Source: an uncultured delta proteobacterium (GTDB lineage Bacteria; Desulfobacterota; Zymogenia; Zymogenales; Zymogenaceae). From it: 64,000 nt of DNA. Numbering within the stretch: position 1 is the stretch's first letter; every line of letters begins with the position of its first letter. The DNA is taken from contig CAWBYW010000005.1 of NCBI GenBank assembly GCA_963792965.1, positions 1 through 64,000 of the forward strand, given 5' to 3'. This document shows positions 18,204 through 29,956 of the stretch, one piece after another. Under the pieces are notes generated by a model. The model made no database searches and was not told the DNA's origin. It saw only the letters and a program-made list of their open reading frames with translations. Made by a program: the position numbers and the translations under genes.

Positions 18204-19421
18204 ATGTCTGTCTTGTTTGAGAAGACTTCGATCAAGTCGATGGACTTGAAAAATCGTCTCGTGCGCTCCGCGACGGTGGAGCGGATGGGCGACGACAACG
18301 GGTTCCCAACCGAGGGCCTTTTCCGTCTCTACGAGCGGCTTGCCAAAGGCGGCGTGGGGCTCATCATCTCCGGTATGACCTACGTTTCCTCCGATGGGAG
18401 GACCTATCCCACGGGGGCAATCGGCATCGAGCACGACGAAGCGATCGCGCATTTCCGCGCCCTGACCGACCATGTCCACAATCTCGGCACGGGCGTCAAG
18501 ATGGCCGTACAGATCGCCCACGGGGGAAGGCAGACCACCCGGGCCGCCGCCGGTGTCCAGCCCATGGCCCCATCGACGGTAAAGGATCGGTCGTCCTTTG
18601 TGACCCCCCGCGCGATGAACGAGGACGACATCGAGCGCGTTATCGAGGCCTTCGCACAGGCGGCGCTCAGGGTCAAGAAGAGCGGCTTTGACGCCGTGCA
18701 GATCCACGGCGCCCACGGATACCTCGTCAACGAGTTCCTGAATCCTTACACCAATCTGAGGCAAGACCGATGGGGCGGCTCGATCGACAATCGTATGCGC
18801 TTCCTGGCCGAGATCTATTCCCGGACCCGGGGCCTCGTCGGCGAGGATTTCCCCATCCTCATCAAGATAAGCGCCTATGATCATATGGCAAAGCACGGGA
18901 AAAAGGGAATGTCGCTCGAGGAGGCCACGATCATGGCCGAGCGTATGGCCGCGATGGGGTTTGACGGCATCGAGGTGAGCTGCGGAATCGCCGAGGACGG
19001 CATGTCGTCCCTCAGGGGCGAGCTCCCCGTCGATCTCATCATCGACGACCTCGGAATGTTCAGGAACAACGCACTCATGCGTTTTGTCTTTCGCCACTTC
19101 GGCACAAGGATCATGAAAGTCGATCCCTTCACCGAGGGCTATAACCGCTCCGCCGCTCGACTGATAAAAAGGCGGGTGAAGGTACCGGTCTTTGTCGTCG
19201 GCGGCATCATTAGACCCTCGACGATGGAAGAGATCATCGAGAGCGGGGACGCCGACTACATATCGCTGAGCCGCCCGCTGGTTTTCAGCCCGATTTTCCC
19301 GAGGAAGATCCAGGAAGGCAGCCGCGACCCATCCGGCTGCATCCATTGCAACTTCTGCCTCTTCTATCTCGGGCTCGGGCCCCTGAGGTGCTATAACGGT
19401 AAGAGGATCAAGAAGACGTAG
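18204..19421 (+). CDS. NADH:flavin oxidoreductase (Old Yellow Enzyme family)
   Basis: KNRLVRSAT, QIAHGGRQ, IHGAHGYL, RQDRWGGSIDNR, C-terminal CIHCNFC. Confidence 0.92.
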   Translation: MSVLFEKTSIKSMDLKNRLVRSATVERMGDDNGFPTEGLFRLYERLAKGGVGLIISGMTYVSSDGRTYPTGAIGIEHDEAIAHFRALTDHVHNLGTGVKMAVQIAHGGRQTTRAAAGVQPMAPSTVKDRSSFVTPRAMNEDDIERVIEAFAQAALRVKKSGFDAVQIHGAHGYLVNEFLNPYTNLRQDRWGGSIDNRMRFLAEIYSRTRGLVGEDFPILIKISAYDHMAKHGKKGMSLEEATIMAERMAAMGFDGIEVSCGIAEDGMSSLRGELPVDLIIDDLGMFRNNALMRFVFRHFGTRIMKVDPFTEGYNRSAARLIKRRVKVPVFVVGGIIRPSTMEEIIESGDADYISLSRPLVFSPIFPRKIQEGSRDPSGCIHCNFCLFYLGLGPLRCYNGKRIKKT

Positions 19422-19451
19422 CTCGCCTCCTTCCCCGGGACGACGCATTAA

Positions 19452-19492
19452 AACAAGAACGCCCCTGTCACGAATGACGGGGCGTTCTTGTT
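19452..19492. terminator. Bidirectional terminator between convergent genes
   Basis: AACAAGAACGCCCC(T)GTCA-CGAA-TGACGGGGCGTTCTTGTT. Confidence 0.75.
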
Positions 19493-19535
19493 GTAGATCG
19501 ATTTTACTCTCGTCTTACTATCACGGCCTTTCAGT

Positions 19536-20314
19536 CTACTTGTCCAACATCGCGACGGCCCGTATCCACCCCGCCGAAGCGGCCTTGATCTTGATCGGGA
19601 AACAGAAGAAGGTAAAGCCGAAAGGCGGGATTTTGTCGAGGTTGGTGAGCTTCTCGATCTGGAAATAACCCTTCTCGATGCCGGCGAAATGCGCCTCCCA
19701 GATGAGCGATGCATCCTTCGTCTTGGCATAATCCTGGGCGATGGCCGGCAGCGGCCTGTCCCAGCTCCATGCGTCCGTCCCGACGACGTTGACACCCATG
19801 TTCAGGATGTGCAGTGTCGAATCCTTACCCATGCCGCACCCTTTGAGCAGGTACTCGAACTTACCCCAGTATTTATCGGCACCGGTCATGATCAGGACGG
19901 CGTCGTTCGGCTTGATCTTGTACCCGATCCTCTTGAGCTCGTCGTCCACGTCCTTCGGCGACACCTTGTAGCCGTCCGGGAACTTCCGAAAGTCGAGCAC
20001 CACGCCGTCGGCGATGCACCATTCAAGCGGCATCTGGTCGACCGTGAGCGCCGGCTTCCCCTTGTCCTGGGTCGGATGGTAGTGCCAGGGGGCGTCGATG
20101 TGGGTGCCGGCGTGGGTGCTCACCGACAACAGCTCCACCGCCCAGCCGAGCCCCCCCGGAAGGTCCTTATCCGGATCGATGCCGGGGAAGAAAGGCACCA
20201 TCGTTGCCGCGCCCTGTTTATGGTCGATATACTGGATCTTGGGGATCATCATGGGGGGTCCGAGGGGAGCCCGTCCTCGATAGCGATCGAAAGGTCTATG
20301 AATTTCTTGGCCAT
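19536..20314 (-). CDS. Cyclase family protein (kynurenine formamidase-like); frameshift in homopolymer at ~20255
   Basis: MAKKFIDLS start; STHAGTHIDAPWH; GTDAWSWD; QIEKL. Confidence 0.9.
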
Positions 20315-20367
20315 AATTTCCTCCGTTGCTATTCCTTACTATCGTGTTAGTACCCGTAAGGGCGGTC

Positions 20368-21535
20368 TTATTTCAACGCCTCCACAATCCGCTCACCCGC
20401 CTCGGTGAGCCGCTCCTCCGGCGCGCAGAGAGTGAGCCTGACGTATCCCTCTCCGCTCGGCCCGAATCCAGAGCCGGGGGTCGCCACGATATGGGCTTTT
20501 TGGATGAGCATAGCGGCAAACGACTCGGAGCTCATCCCCCCGGGCACCCGCACCCAAAAGTAGAAGGTCGCCTCCGGCATCCGAAACTCGAGCCCCGCCG
20601 ACATCAGGGCCTCCGCCAGCACCCCGCGCCGCCGGGCGTAGACCTCCCTGATCGGCGGCGTCAGCTCCTCAGCGTGGCCGAGCGCAAACGCCGCCGCAAG
20701 CTGTATCGGCTGGAAGACGCCCGAATCTATGTTCGACTTTACCTTCGCCAAGCCCCCCGACGATCTCTTTGTTGCCCACGGCAAAGCCGATACGCCAGCC
20801 GGTCATGTTGAAGGTCTTGGAGAGGCTGTGTATCTCGATGCCGACCTCCCGCGCGCCGTCGACCTCCAGAAAGCTCATCGGCTTTTTGTCGTCGAAATAG
20901 ACCTCGGTATAGGCCGCGTCGTGGCAGACGATGATATTGTTCTTTTTCGCAAACGCCACCACTTCCTCAAAATATCGACGGGGGGCGACGCTTGAGGTGG
21001 GGTTGTTGGGAGAGTTGAGGAACATAAGTACGGCGCGGCGCGACACGTCTCTGGGGATCGCCGAGAGATCGGGCAGGAAATCGTTATCCGCCGCGAGCGG
21101 CATGTAGTGGGGATGCCCGCCGAAAAACGCCGTCGTAATGCCGTAGACGGGATACCCCGGCTCGGGCACAAGCACCACGTCACCGGGGTTGACGAAGGCA
21201 AGGGGAATATGGGCGATCCCGTCTTTGGACCCGATGACCGAGACCACCTCGCTGGCGGGATCGAGCGCCACCCCAAAGCGTCGTTTGTACCAGTCGGCCA
21301 CGGCACGCCGGAAGGCCAAAAGCCCCACGGTAAAGGGATAGCGGTGGTTCTCCGGTTTTGCCGCCTCTTCCTGCAACACCTCCACGATGGGCCTCGGCGT
21401 GGGGATATCCGGGTCGCCGACGCCCAGATCGATGATGTCGGCGCCCTTTGCCTTCATCTCATTTCCGATGCGGTCTATTTGCTCGAAGAGATAGGGAGGG
21501 ATTTTCACGATCCGGTCGGCGTAACTGATCTTCAT
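20368..21535 (-). CDS. dapL: LL-diaminopimelate aminotransferase (frameshift at ~20755)
   Basis: PPYLF, DLGVGDPD, GSKDGI, NNPT, HDAAY, SLSKTFNMTGWRIG, KSNIDSG; in an operon with dapB. Confidence 0.85.
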
Positions 21536-21571
21536 TGGCGAAAACTCCTGGGCGATATTCCGTGCTGGTTC

Positions 21572-22333
21572 TTAGGATGCCGCGCGCGTTCTGTTCCTGA
21601 GGGTGCCGATGCCCGAGATGATCACTTCCACCTGGTCCCCCGGGGCCATGGGGCCGATCCCCGGCGGCGTTCCCGTCGCGATGACGTCCCCGGGGAAAAG
21701 CGTCATCACGCCTGAGATGAACGACACGAGCGCGTAAGCCCCCCACTTCATCATGCTCGTGCTCGAGCTCTGGACGGTCTTCCCGTTGAGGCGCGTCTCG
21801 ATATCGACGGAAGATGGGTCAAGCTCCGTCTCGACCCAGGGGCCGATGGGGCAGAAGGTATCGAACGATTTCGACCTCGTAAACTGCACATCCTTTATCT
21901 GGAGGTCCCGGGCGGTCACGTCGTTCAGGCAGGTATAGCCGAAGATATAGCCCTTGGCGTCCTGGGGGGCGACGTCCTTTGCGCGTTTCCCCATGATGAC
22001 GGCAAGCTCTCCCTCGTAGTCGACCCGCCGGCTTGCCTTGGGCATGATGATCTCGTCGTCGGGGCCGATGACCGAGGTGGAGGGTTTTATGAAAAGGATC
22101 GGCTCGTCCGGCACTTCCATCCCCACCTCTTTGGCGTGGTCGAGGTAGTTGAGCCCCACGGCCACGACCTTGAGGGGTGCCGTCGGCGACAGCAGCCGCA
22201 CCGTGCTCATCGAAAAGGTATTCTCGCCCCCCTTCGCCGTGCCGGACGTGAGGCCGGTCAGCTCCACGATCACGTCACCTTCGATGATGCCGTAATGAAC
22301 CGCCCCCTTGTATTCGAATCGGGCTATCTTCAT
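21572..22333 (-). CDS. Fumarylacetoacetate hydrolase family protein
   Basis: VGLNYLDH, FIKP, DYEGEL, NDVTARD, KSFDTFCPIGP, TGTPPG. Confidence 0.93.
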   Translation of the reverse strand: MKIARFEYKGAVHYGIIEGDVIVELTGLTSGTAKGGENTFSMSTVRLLSPTAPLKVVAVGLNYLDHAKEVGMEVPDEPILFIKPSTSVIGPDDEIIMPKASRRVDYEGELAVIMGKRAKDVAPQDAKGYIFGYTCLNDVTARDLQIKDVQFTRSKSFDTFCPIGPWVETELDPSSVDIETRLNGKTVQSSSTSMMKWGAYALVSFISGVMTLFPGDVIATGTPPGIGPMAPGDQVEVIISGIGTLRNRTRAAS

Positions 22334-22445
22334 AATGGGTATGATTCCTCATGAATGGTTCGTATGGCGCGCCCCGTTTGGTGGGCATCTCAGGTATGGC
22401 GCCGCGTACGAGGACTATTTCATCTTCGATGCGCGTTTGTCACCT

Positions 22446-23252
22446 TTACTTGCGCAGCTCAAGCACGTCCAGCATCTCGTAAAGGCCCGGCTTTTTCCCG
22501 ACGACCCACTTGGCCGCACGCACCGCGCCTTTCGCGAGGGGCATGCGGCTCGACAGCCGATGGGTCAGCTCAATGCGCTCGCCGGTCGTCCCGAAGAGGA
22601 CCGTGTGCTCCCCGACGATATCCCCCGCCCTGATGGCGTGCACCCCGATCTCCTTCTTCGTGCGCTTCCCGACTATTCCCTGCCTCCCATAGACGCCGAC
22701 CTCGCGCTGATCCCGCTCAAGCGCCCGCGCAATGATCTCAAGAAGGCGTTTAGCCGTCCCGCTTGGGGCATCGACCTTCTGGTTGTGGTGGGATTCGATA
22801 ATCTCCACGTCAAAATCGTCGCCGAGCGTGCGCGCCACCTCCTCAGATAAGGCAAACAGGAGGTTTATCCCGACGCTCATATTCGGGGTCATGACGATCG
22901 GGATTTTTTTCGCCAGCGTCTCGATCCGTCTTATATTTTCTTCGGGGTGCCCCGTGGTGCCGGAGACCGCGGCCACACCTAACCGGGAGGCCTCGGTAAG
23001 GAGGGTCAGCGCCGACCCTGGCGTCGAAAAGTCAATAACGACATCGGCGCCGGACAGCGCCTGCGCGACGTCGTCGGTGACAACCACCCCCATCGAGCCT
23101 GTGCCGCCGAGCTCCCCCGCGTCGCGCCCGACGTATCCGCTGCCGGCCGCCTCCAGCGCCCCGGAGATCGTTATCGTATCGTCCTGGCTGATGGCGGCGA
23201 TCACCTGTCTTCCCATCCTCCCGGCCGCGCCGGAAATAACAGCCCTCAACAT
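22446..23252 (-). CDS. dapB: 4-hydroxy-tetrahydrodipicolinate reductase
   Basis: GAAGRMG, DFSTP, GTTG, EIIESHHNQKVDAPSGTA, RAGDIVGEH. Confidence 0.96.
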   Translation of the reverse strand: MLRAVISGAAGRMGRQVIAAISQDDTITISGALEAAGSGYVGRDAGELGGTGSMGVVVTDDVAQALSGADVVIDFSTPGSALTLLTEASRLGVAAVSGTTGHPEENIRRIETLAKKIPIVMTPNMSVGINLLFALSEEVARTLGDDFDVEIIESHHNQKVDAPSGTAKRLLEIIARALERDQREVGVYGRQGIVGKRTKKEIGVHAIRAGDIVGEHTVLFGTTGERIELTHRLSSRMPLAKGAVRAAKWVVGKKPGLYEMLDVLELRK

Positions 23253-23416
23253 CGTCCTATCCCCCTCTCACGCGTAATGACAAATACTCATCCTATTGGA
23301 CACACACCCGCCTGGGCACAGCCCGGACGCCCGGCCCAACAAACCCTCTCAAGGCCCCCGGATGCCCCCCGAATACCATTTTTTTAATCGTACCAGCTTT
23401 CTGGGAATGTGTAAAC

Positions 23417-23778
23417 CTATTTGTTCCCTTTCTGGGAGAGGGCTTCGAAGATCACGAAGTAGAAGCCCTCAAGCTTTCTCAGCCGGTTCTCATACCACGC
23501 GTAATAGAAGATGTAGGGCACCATGAGGACGAAAAGGAACCCTCAAGGAGCATGAACTCGAACCGGTATTGTCCCGCGAGGGACTGGGGCAGGACTACGA
23601 AGAAGAGAATCGTCACCAGCATGAAGGCCAGAAAGTGCATCTTCCGCTCTTCCTTGAAGTAGTCCACCTTTTTCGCGTGAACGGCAAGCAGGAAGGAGAG
23701 CTCATCCTTTGAAAGGAGATCGAGCCCCGTAAAACGTTTCTTCAGGCAGGCATCGTAGAGCTCCATCGATTTTCCCAT
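23417..23778 (-). CDS. Small two-TM hypothetical protein (frameshift at ~23540)
   Basis: GGAGG RBS; ERKMHFLAFMLVT... then LVLMVPYIFYYAWYENRLRKL...NK* in a second frame. Confidence 0.6.
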
Positions 23779-23954
23779 GGCATCCTCCCGCGTGGGTCCG
23801 TCCTGTGTACCTTCTCATTATAGAGACATGACGTCCCCCGGTCAAGGGGTAGTCTGGGGGTGCGGAAAGGCCCCGCGCCTTTCTTGGGCGGCCCCCCGTA
23901 AGCGCCTCCTCCGTCCATACTATCTTCTTTTCAATTGGATCGGATCATGCTAAT

Positions 23955-24845
23955 ATGATGGACGTTTTCCCGACTCTGTCCGTCGGTTTCTATGCAGATG
24001 AACGTAAACACGCCGTACGGGAGTATTACCGTGAAGAGAATAGTGACCGTGATGTTGATAATCGTGACCGCGCTTTCGATGGGATGCGTCACAACGACGA
24101 TGACCGGACGTCCGCCCCCCCCCCGGGCAAGGCCGACAAGGCCGCCGATCTCTACAACCTCAGCATGATCGCCTATAACTCGGGCAACCTCGACGTGTCG
24201 CTTGACTATATCAATCAGGCGATAGCGCTGTCCGCAGCCAATGCCGAAACACGGACGACCATGCTCCTCAAGCGGGCCGAGATATACGCGGACCTCGGCA
24301 ATTACGACCTTGCCGAAAGCGGCGTCAGGGAGGTCCTCGCCGCGTCTCCGGGCCTTGCCGAGGCCTATTTCGTGAGCGCGCTGGTAAACTATAAGACCGA
24401 GAACCTCGCCGGCGCCCAGAGCGACCTTGAACAGGCCCTGACGCTTGACCCCGCTTTTGCCCGTGCCCATAACCTCCAGGGCAACATCCTCAAGGAGCGG
24501 GGCGAGCTGGCCGGGGCCCTCAACGCCTACAACGATGCCATCACCGGTGACCCTACGTTTGCCCCCGCCTACTTCAACCGGGCCGAGGTGGAGATGGCGG
24601 TGAACAACTATGAGACGGCCATTACCGATTATTCGAGCGCGATCGACCGCTATACCGACCTGCAGAAGAGATACCTCGCCCAGGCCTACTGCGGGCGGGG
24701 CCGCGCCTTTCTGATGCTCGGTAACGCCGAGATGGCCTCACGTGACAGGGAACGGGCGCAATTGCTCTTCCCCGGCGCCTGCGAGCGTGAGGAAGAGACC
24801 ACCGCCCCGCGCTGGGGCAAGGGAGAGGTGCGGCCGCCGCAGTAA
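23955..24845 (+). CDS. Tetratricopeptide repeat protein
   Basis: Repeated TPR units (ARAHNLQGNI..GELAGALNAYNDAI; PAYFNRAEV..AITDYSSAI); start uncertain. Confidence 0.85.
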   Translation: MMDVFPTLSVGFYADERKHAVREYYREENSDRDVDNRDRAFDGMRHNDDDRTSAPPPGKADKAADLYNLSMIAYNSGNLDVSLDYINQAIALSAANAETRTTMLLKRAEIYADLGNYDLAESGVREVLAASPGLAEAYFVSALVNYKTENLAGAQSDLEQALTLDPAFARAHNLQGNILKERGELAGALNAYNDAITGDPTFAPAYFNRAEVEMAVNNYETAITDYSSAIDRYTDLQKRYLAQAYCGRGRAFLMLGNAEMASRDRERAQLLFPGACEREEETTAPRWGKGEVRPPQ

Positions 24846-25071
24846 CACCCCTAAGAGCGACACCCGCGCAAACTGTATTTGCGCGGGAGCTTGTAAGGCC
24901 CGTGGCGATTTCGAGCGGCACTTCCCGCACAAGCCTCCGATTCGCCACATCGCGTTGAGCCCGCACTAATAGGTATCCTGTTTCAGCCCTCCGCGCGCCG
25001 ATTCGCGCTCGAAACCTCGTCTCAAGGCAAAACATAAGACCCCGCGAAGGTGAAGTTTTCACGGGATAATC

Positions 25072-25994
25072 TTACGCCTTCCCCGCGCAGCCCAGAACGT
25101 CCACGAGCTTGTGCCGAACGACCTCCTTGATCGCGTCCCGGGCGGGGCCCAGGTATTTTCGCGGGTCGAATTCGGCGGGACTCTCGACAAAGACCCTCCT
25201 GATCGTGGCCGTCATCGCCAGCCTCAGGTCGGTGTCGATGTTGACCTTGCTGACCCCCATCGACGCCGCCTTTCTGATCAGGTCTTCCGGCACGCCCTTG
25301 GCGCCGGGGAGCTTCGCGCCGTACTTGTTGGCCTCCTCCACGTACTGGAGCAGCACCGAGGAGGCGCCGTGCAGGACGAGGGGATAGCCGGGCAGCAGCT
25401 TTGAGATCTTCTCCAGACGCTCCATGTCGAGCGTCGGCTCACCCTTGAACTTGTATGCCCCGTGGGACGTGCCCACGGAAACGGCCAGCGAATCGCAGCC
25501 CGTCCTCTTCACGAACTCCACCGCCTCATCGGGATCGGTGAAGACCGACTCCTTGCTCTTGATCGCGTCCTCAATGCCGGCAAGCTTCCCCAGCTCGGCC
25601 TCGACGGGTATGCTCGTGGGTGCGCGTAGTCCACCACCTCTTTTGTGAGCCTGATGTTTTCCTCAAACGGGTGCTTGCTCCCGTCGATCATCACCGAGGT
25701 GAACCCCCCGTCGATACACGACTTGGCGATCTCAAAGGTCTCACCGTGATCGAGGTGCAGCGCGATGGGAATCGTCGAGGTCTCCACCGCCGCTTCGACG
25801 AGCTTTCTCAGGTAGACCGGGTTGGCGTACTTACGGGCCCCGGAGCTGACCTGCAGGATCAGGGGCGCCCTTTGCTCGTCTGCCGCCTCAACGATTCCCT
25901 GGATGATCTCCATGTTGTTGACGTTGAAGGCGCCGACCGCGTAGGAGCCTTTGTAGGCTTTCTCGAACATTTCCTTTGTTGAGGTAAGTGGCAT
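25072..25994 (-). CDS. fba: Class II fructose-1,6-bisphosphate aldolase (frameshift at ~25615)
   Basis: YAVGAFNVNN, LHLDHG, SVMIDGS, GTSHGAYKF, LVLHGAS, KVNIDTD, FDPRKYL. Confidence 0.93.
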
Positions 25995-26085
25995 GTCTCC
26001 CTCCTCTCTATGTAACCGGTACGGTGGTGTAAATTCGGGTGATTATGGCTCGGTCCGTATAAAAGCCGAAAATAGATTTTAGGCG

Positions 26086-27081
26086 CTACATCTTCGCCGC
26101 GCACCGGGCGGCCCCGATGATCTCGACGTCTTCATTGAGCACGACGTATACGGGGATCTTCTCCATCAAGGGACGAAACCTTCCCTTGTCCAGGAAGGCG
26201 TCGATAAAGATGCCGTCCCGGATCAGGGGAAGGATTTTCCTGGCGATGCCGCCGCCGACAAAGACCCCTCCCGTGGCAAAGAGGGTGAGCGCTAAGTCTC
26301 CCGCCTCGGCCCCGTAGGCCGAGAGGAAGACGTCCATCGTCTTACGCGCGATCGGCGAGCCCCCCTCACTTGCCCGCCGGGCAATGACGGGGTTCGGGTC
26401 TGAGACGTCGATGGTCTCCTCTATCTTCGGGTCGGGCTCCATTCCCCTTTCGTCACGAAGGAACTCATAGATGGCGCTCATCCCGTTGCCCGATACGACC
26501 CTCTCCGTGCTGACGCGCCCGTACTTCTGTTTCAGGTGCCCCCAGAGCTCCGTCTCCAAATCCGTCCGGGGTGAGAAATCGGCGTGCCCCCCCTCCGACG
26601 GCAGTGCCCGGAAGGCCCCGGTTTCCAGGACCGGGACGAGATACCCCTGCCCCAATCCCGTCCCCGCCGCTATTACCGCGCGAACGCCGTTTGGCTCGAC
26701 CGTGCCGCCCTTGAGCGCGGTCAGGTCCGACGGCGAGAGCCCGGCCGTTCCGAGGGAGAGCGCCACGAGATCATTGATGAGGGTGCACTCCCGCGCCCCG
26801 GTGCATGACGTGATCTCGTCCTCGGAAAACTCCCAGGGCAAGTTCGTCGCACTCACCCTCCCCCCCTCCACAGGACCTGCGACCCCGAGGCAGGCGGCAT
26901 CGACGATCGTGCCGTCTCTAAGGAAATCCGTGAGTATGGAAAAAATCGAGGTATGCTCGCGGGAGAGAAACGTCTCTTTCTTCATGCAGACCAGACGCCC
27001 CCCTCCCTCTCTGAAGAGGCCGAGTTTCGTCTTGGTTCCACCGATATCCCCCGCCAGGATCACGGAGCTTCTCCCATTCAC
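26086..27081 (-). CDS. glk: Glucokinase
   Basis: LAGDIGGTKT, GVAGPV, TNLPW, LINDL, GTGLG, SEGGH, GGGIA. Confidence 0.93.
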   Translation of the reverse strand: MNGRSSVILAGDIGGTKTKLGLFREGGGRLVCMKKETFLSREHTSIFSILTDFLRDGTIVDAACLGVAGPVEGGRVSATNLPWEFSEDEITSCTGARECTLINDLVALSLGTAGLSPSDLTALKGGTVEPNGVRAVIAAGTGLGQGYLVPVLETGAFRALPSEGGHADFSPRTDLETELWGHLKQKYGRVSTERVVSGNGMSAIYEFLRDERGMEPDPKIEETIDVSDPNPVIARRASEGGSPIARKTMDVFLSAYGAEAGDLALTLFATGGVFVGGGIARKILPLIRDGIFIDAFLDKGRFRPLMEKIPVYVVLNEDVEIIGAARCAAKM

Positions 27082-27221
27082 GAAAGCTCATCATACCATA
27101 GACCGACCGGATCGAAAACAAAAAACCGAGCGAACTGCCCAGACAAAACGTCTTGACATATCGGGCCTCTTCATATATTTTTAGAAGTACCCTACATTAT
27201 TCCTCTATTCGGAGTTATGCC

Positions 27222-29757
27222 ATGACGCCCTTCCGTGATAAAGAGGAAATGGTCGCTATCCTTTCCGCGCTCTGGGATAAAATCCTTTCGAACCGGGAGA
27301 TAGTCGCAAGTGTCGGCCGGGCCAAGATCCTGGTCAAATTCCGCCTCACCGACCCCGACGCGAACCTCTACATCGATATCAGGGGAAAGACACCGCGCTT
27401 CTTCTGGGATCCGAAGACTCCCGATGATCCGGACGTGGAGATGATCCTCTCGTCCTCGACGAGTCACCTGTTCTGGATGGAACAGCTCAACGTGCCGCTT
27501 GCCATCGCCTCGCGCAAGATCGTCGCAAAAGGCTCCATCCAAAAGGCCCTTAAGCTCCTCCCCGCCCTGAAGCCCGCCTTTGCCCTCTACCCCGGCGTGC
27601 TGAAGGAGGCCGGGAGGGGCGACCTCCTTGTCACGGGAAAGAAGGCCAAAAGAAGGCGTTCGTTCTCCCTGTTCGGAAAACGGAAGAAAAAAGGATACGA
27701 CCTTTCGGCCCTTCCCGAATTTCCAATTGAGCTGATCGACGCAAATCCTGAGCGCACTCAGCCGCCGGTTAAGCGGGCCTTGCGGCCCGCCGGCGACCTC
27801 GACATACTCAAGACGATGTGCACCATCCGCGCCTTTGAGGAGCACCTGTCCTCCGCGTTCCGGGAGGGGAAGATCCCCACGGAGGCCATTCACCTCTCCA
27901 TCGGTCAGGAAGGCGTGGCGGCGGGCGTCTGCCTCAACCTCAGGGACACCGACTACCTCAACACGACCCACCGCGGACACGGTCACGTCATCGCCAAGGG
28001 AGCAGACATCACCGGGATGATGGCCGAGCTGTACGGTAAATCGACGGGACTGTGCGCCGGGAAGGGCGGCTCGATGCACGTCACCGACTCGTCCCGCGGT
28101 ATCCTCGGCGCCAACGGGATCGTCGGCGCGGGCTACCTGCTGGCGATGGGGGCGGCTCTGACCATCAAGAGGGAGAAGCGGGACGATGTCTCGGTGGTGA
28201 TCGCCGGCGACGGATCGGTCAACCAGGGGATGTTCCACGAGGCGGCCAACATGGCCGCGGTCTTTGAGCTGCCGGTCCTCTTCGTCGTGGAGAACAACCG
28301 CTACGGCGAGTTCACCTCCGTCGAGCGCCACAGCGCGGTGACCGATATCTATAAGCGCGCCGCCGCCTACAACATCGAATCGGTCAGGCTTGACGGAAAC
28401 GACGTGCGGGAGGTTTTCGAAGGGGTGGGTAAGGTAATCGAAAAAATCCGCCGCGACAAGAAGCCCCGCCTCGTGGAGCTCATGACCTATCGATGGCACG
28501 GCCACATGGAGGGCGAGCCCGAGCTCTACCGGACGGCGTCCGAGAAAGAAAAGTACAAGAACGAGTGCCCCATCCGGCGCTTCTCATCCTATCTTACGAA
28601 GCAGGGGATGAGCAAAGAGGATATCGACGCGGTCCGGCACGAGGCCGAGGCGGTCGTCGCCCAGGCCGTAACAGCCGCCGAGTCTGCGCCCGAGCCCCTC
28701 ATGTCGGCCCTCATGACCCATACCTACGCCCCGGACGAGCGCTCATTGTTCGAGGGAGACTTCATCGATGAGCCCAAGGGACGGCTCATTTCCGTGGGCC
28801 AGGCCGTCAACGAGGCGCTGGCCGAAGAGATGGAGCGCGACGGGCGCGTTTTTATCTGGGGAGAGGACGTGACTCTCGGCGGGTACTTCAGCGTCACCGA
28901 GGGCCTGGTCGACCGTTTCGGGCCGGACCGGGTCGTCGATACCCCCATCTCCGAAAACGGGATCATCGGCGGCGCGGTGGGGGCCGCGATCACGGGGCTT
29001 GTCCCCGTGCCGGAGATCCTCTTTTCCGATTTCCTGACCTGCTGCATGGATCCGATCCTGAACCAGGCCGCCAAGATCCGTTACATGACCGGGGGGCAGG
29101 TGCGGGTCCCTCTCACCATCAGGACTCCGGTCGGAGGAGGGATCGGCATGGCCGCCCAGCACTCACAGTCGATGGAGCGCTTCTTCTTCGGGATCCCCGG
29201 CCTGATAGCGGTCGCCCCGTCTGACCCCTACACCGCCAAGGGAATACTCAAGTCCGCCATCCGGTCCAACAACCCGGTGATAGTCTTTGAGCACAAGCTT
29301 CTCTACCCCCATACCGGCATGGTCCTCGAAGAGGAATATACGCTCCCGCTCGGGAGGGCCAGGGTGGTGCGTCGGGGAGATGACGTCACCGTCGTTACGC
29401 ATCTTTTGGGAGTCGGGATATCGCTTGAGGCGGCAAAGCTTCTTAGTGAGGAGGGGATCGAGGTGGAGGTGATTGATCTGGTCACTCTTTACCCCTTCGA
29501 CATGAAGAACTATACTGCAGTCCGTCCAAAAGACCGGGCTGCTGGTCTCGGTGGAGGAAGGGCCGCCCACGGGAGGGATCGGCTCGGAGGTGATCGCGCG
29601 GACCGTCCGGGCCGGGTTTGGACTCCTCAAGAAGGCCCCGGTCCTGATCGCCTCGCCGGAGTCGCCGATCCCCTATGCCAAGAACCTCGAAAATGCGATG
29701 ATCCCGGATCCCGCGTCGGTCGCCGACAGGGTCAAACGGCTCCTGCAGGAAGCGTAA
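27222..29757 (+). CDS. SCP2-like domain fused to TPP-dependent 2-oxoacid/acetoin dehydrogenase E1 alpha and beta (frameshift at ~29505)
   Basis: N-domain ...SSTSHLFWMEQLNVPLAIASRKIVAKG; HLSIGQE, THRGHGH, GKGGSMH, GDG...ENN; GEDV, DTPISE, AQHSQ, FEHK; C-terminus SVEEGPPTGGIGSE in a shifted frame. Confidence 0.88.
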
Positions 29758-29956
29758 GAAGCCGAAAAATATTTCCCCGCCCTGACGATATTTAGGGATT
29801 TATGGCGCAAAAAGGAGTATAGTATATCTGATAATAGTTTGGGGAATTGGGACGTTTGGTCTGCATCCTCGGCTTCCCCTGAAGGCCACTCAATGCCATA
29901 TGCGTTGGTAGCATCTGTTCGGATTTACCTGATTTCAACCACGAATTCGTAAGAGG

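Noticed and set aside
23253-23415. Lysine riboswitch in the dapB leader
   Set aside because: The leader is ~130 nt after the likely promoter and lacks the conserved AGAGGUGC/loop-E pattern.
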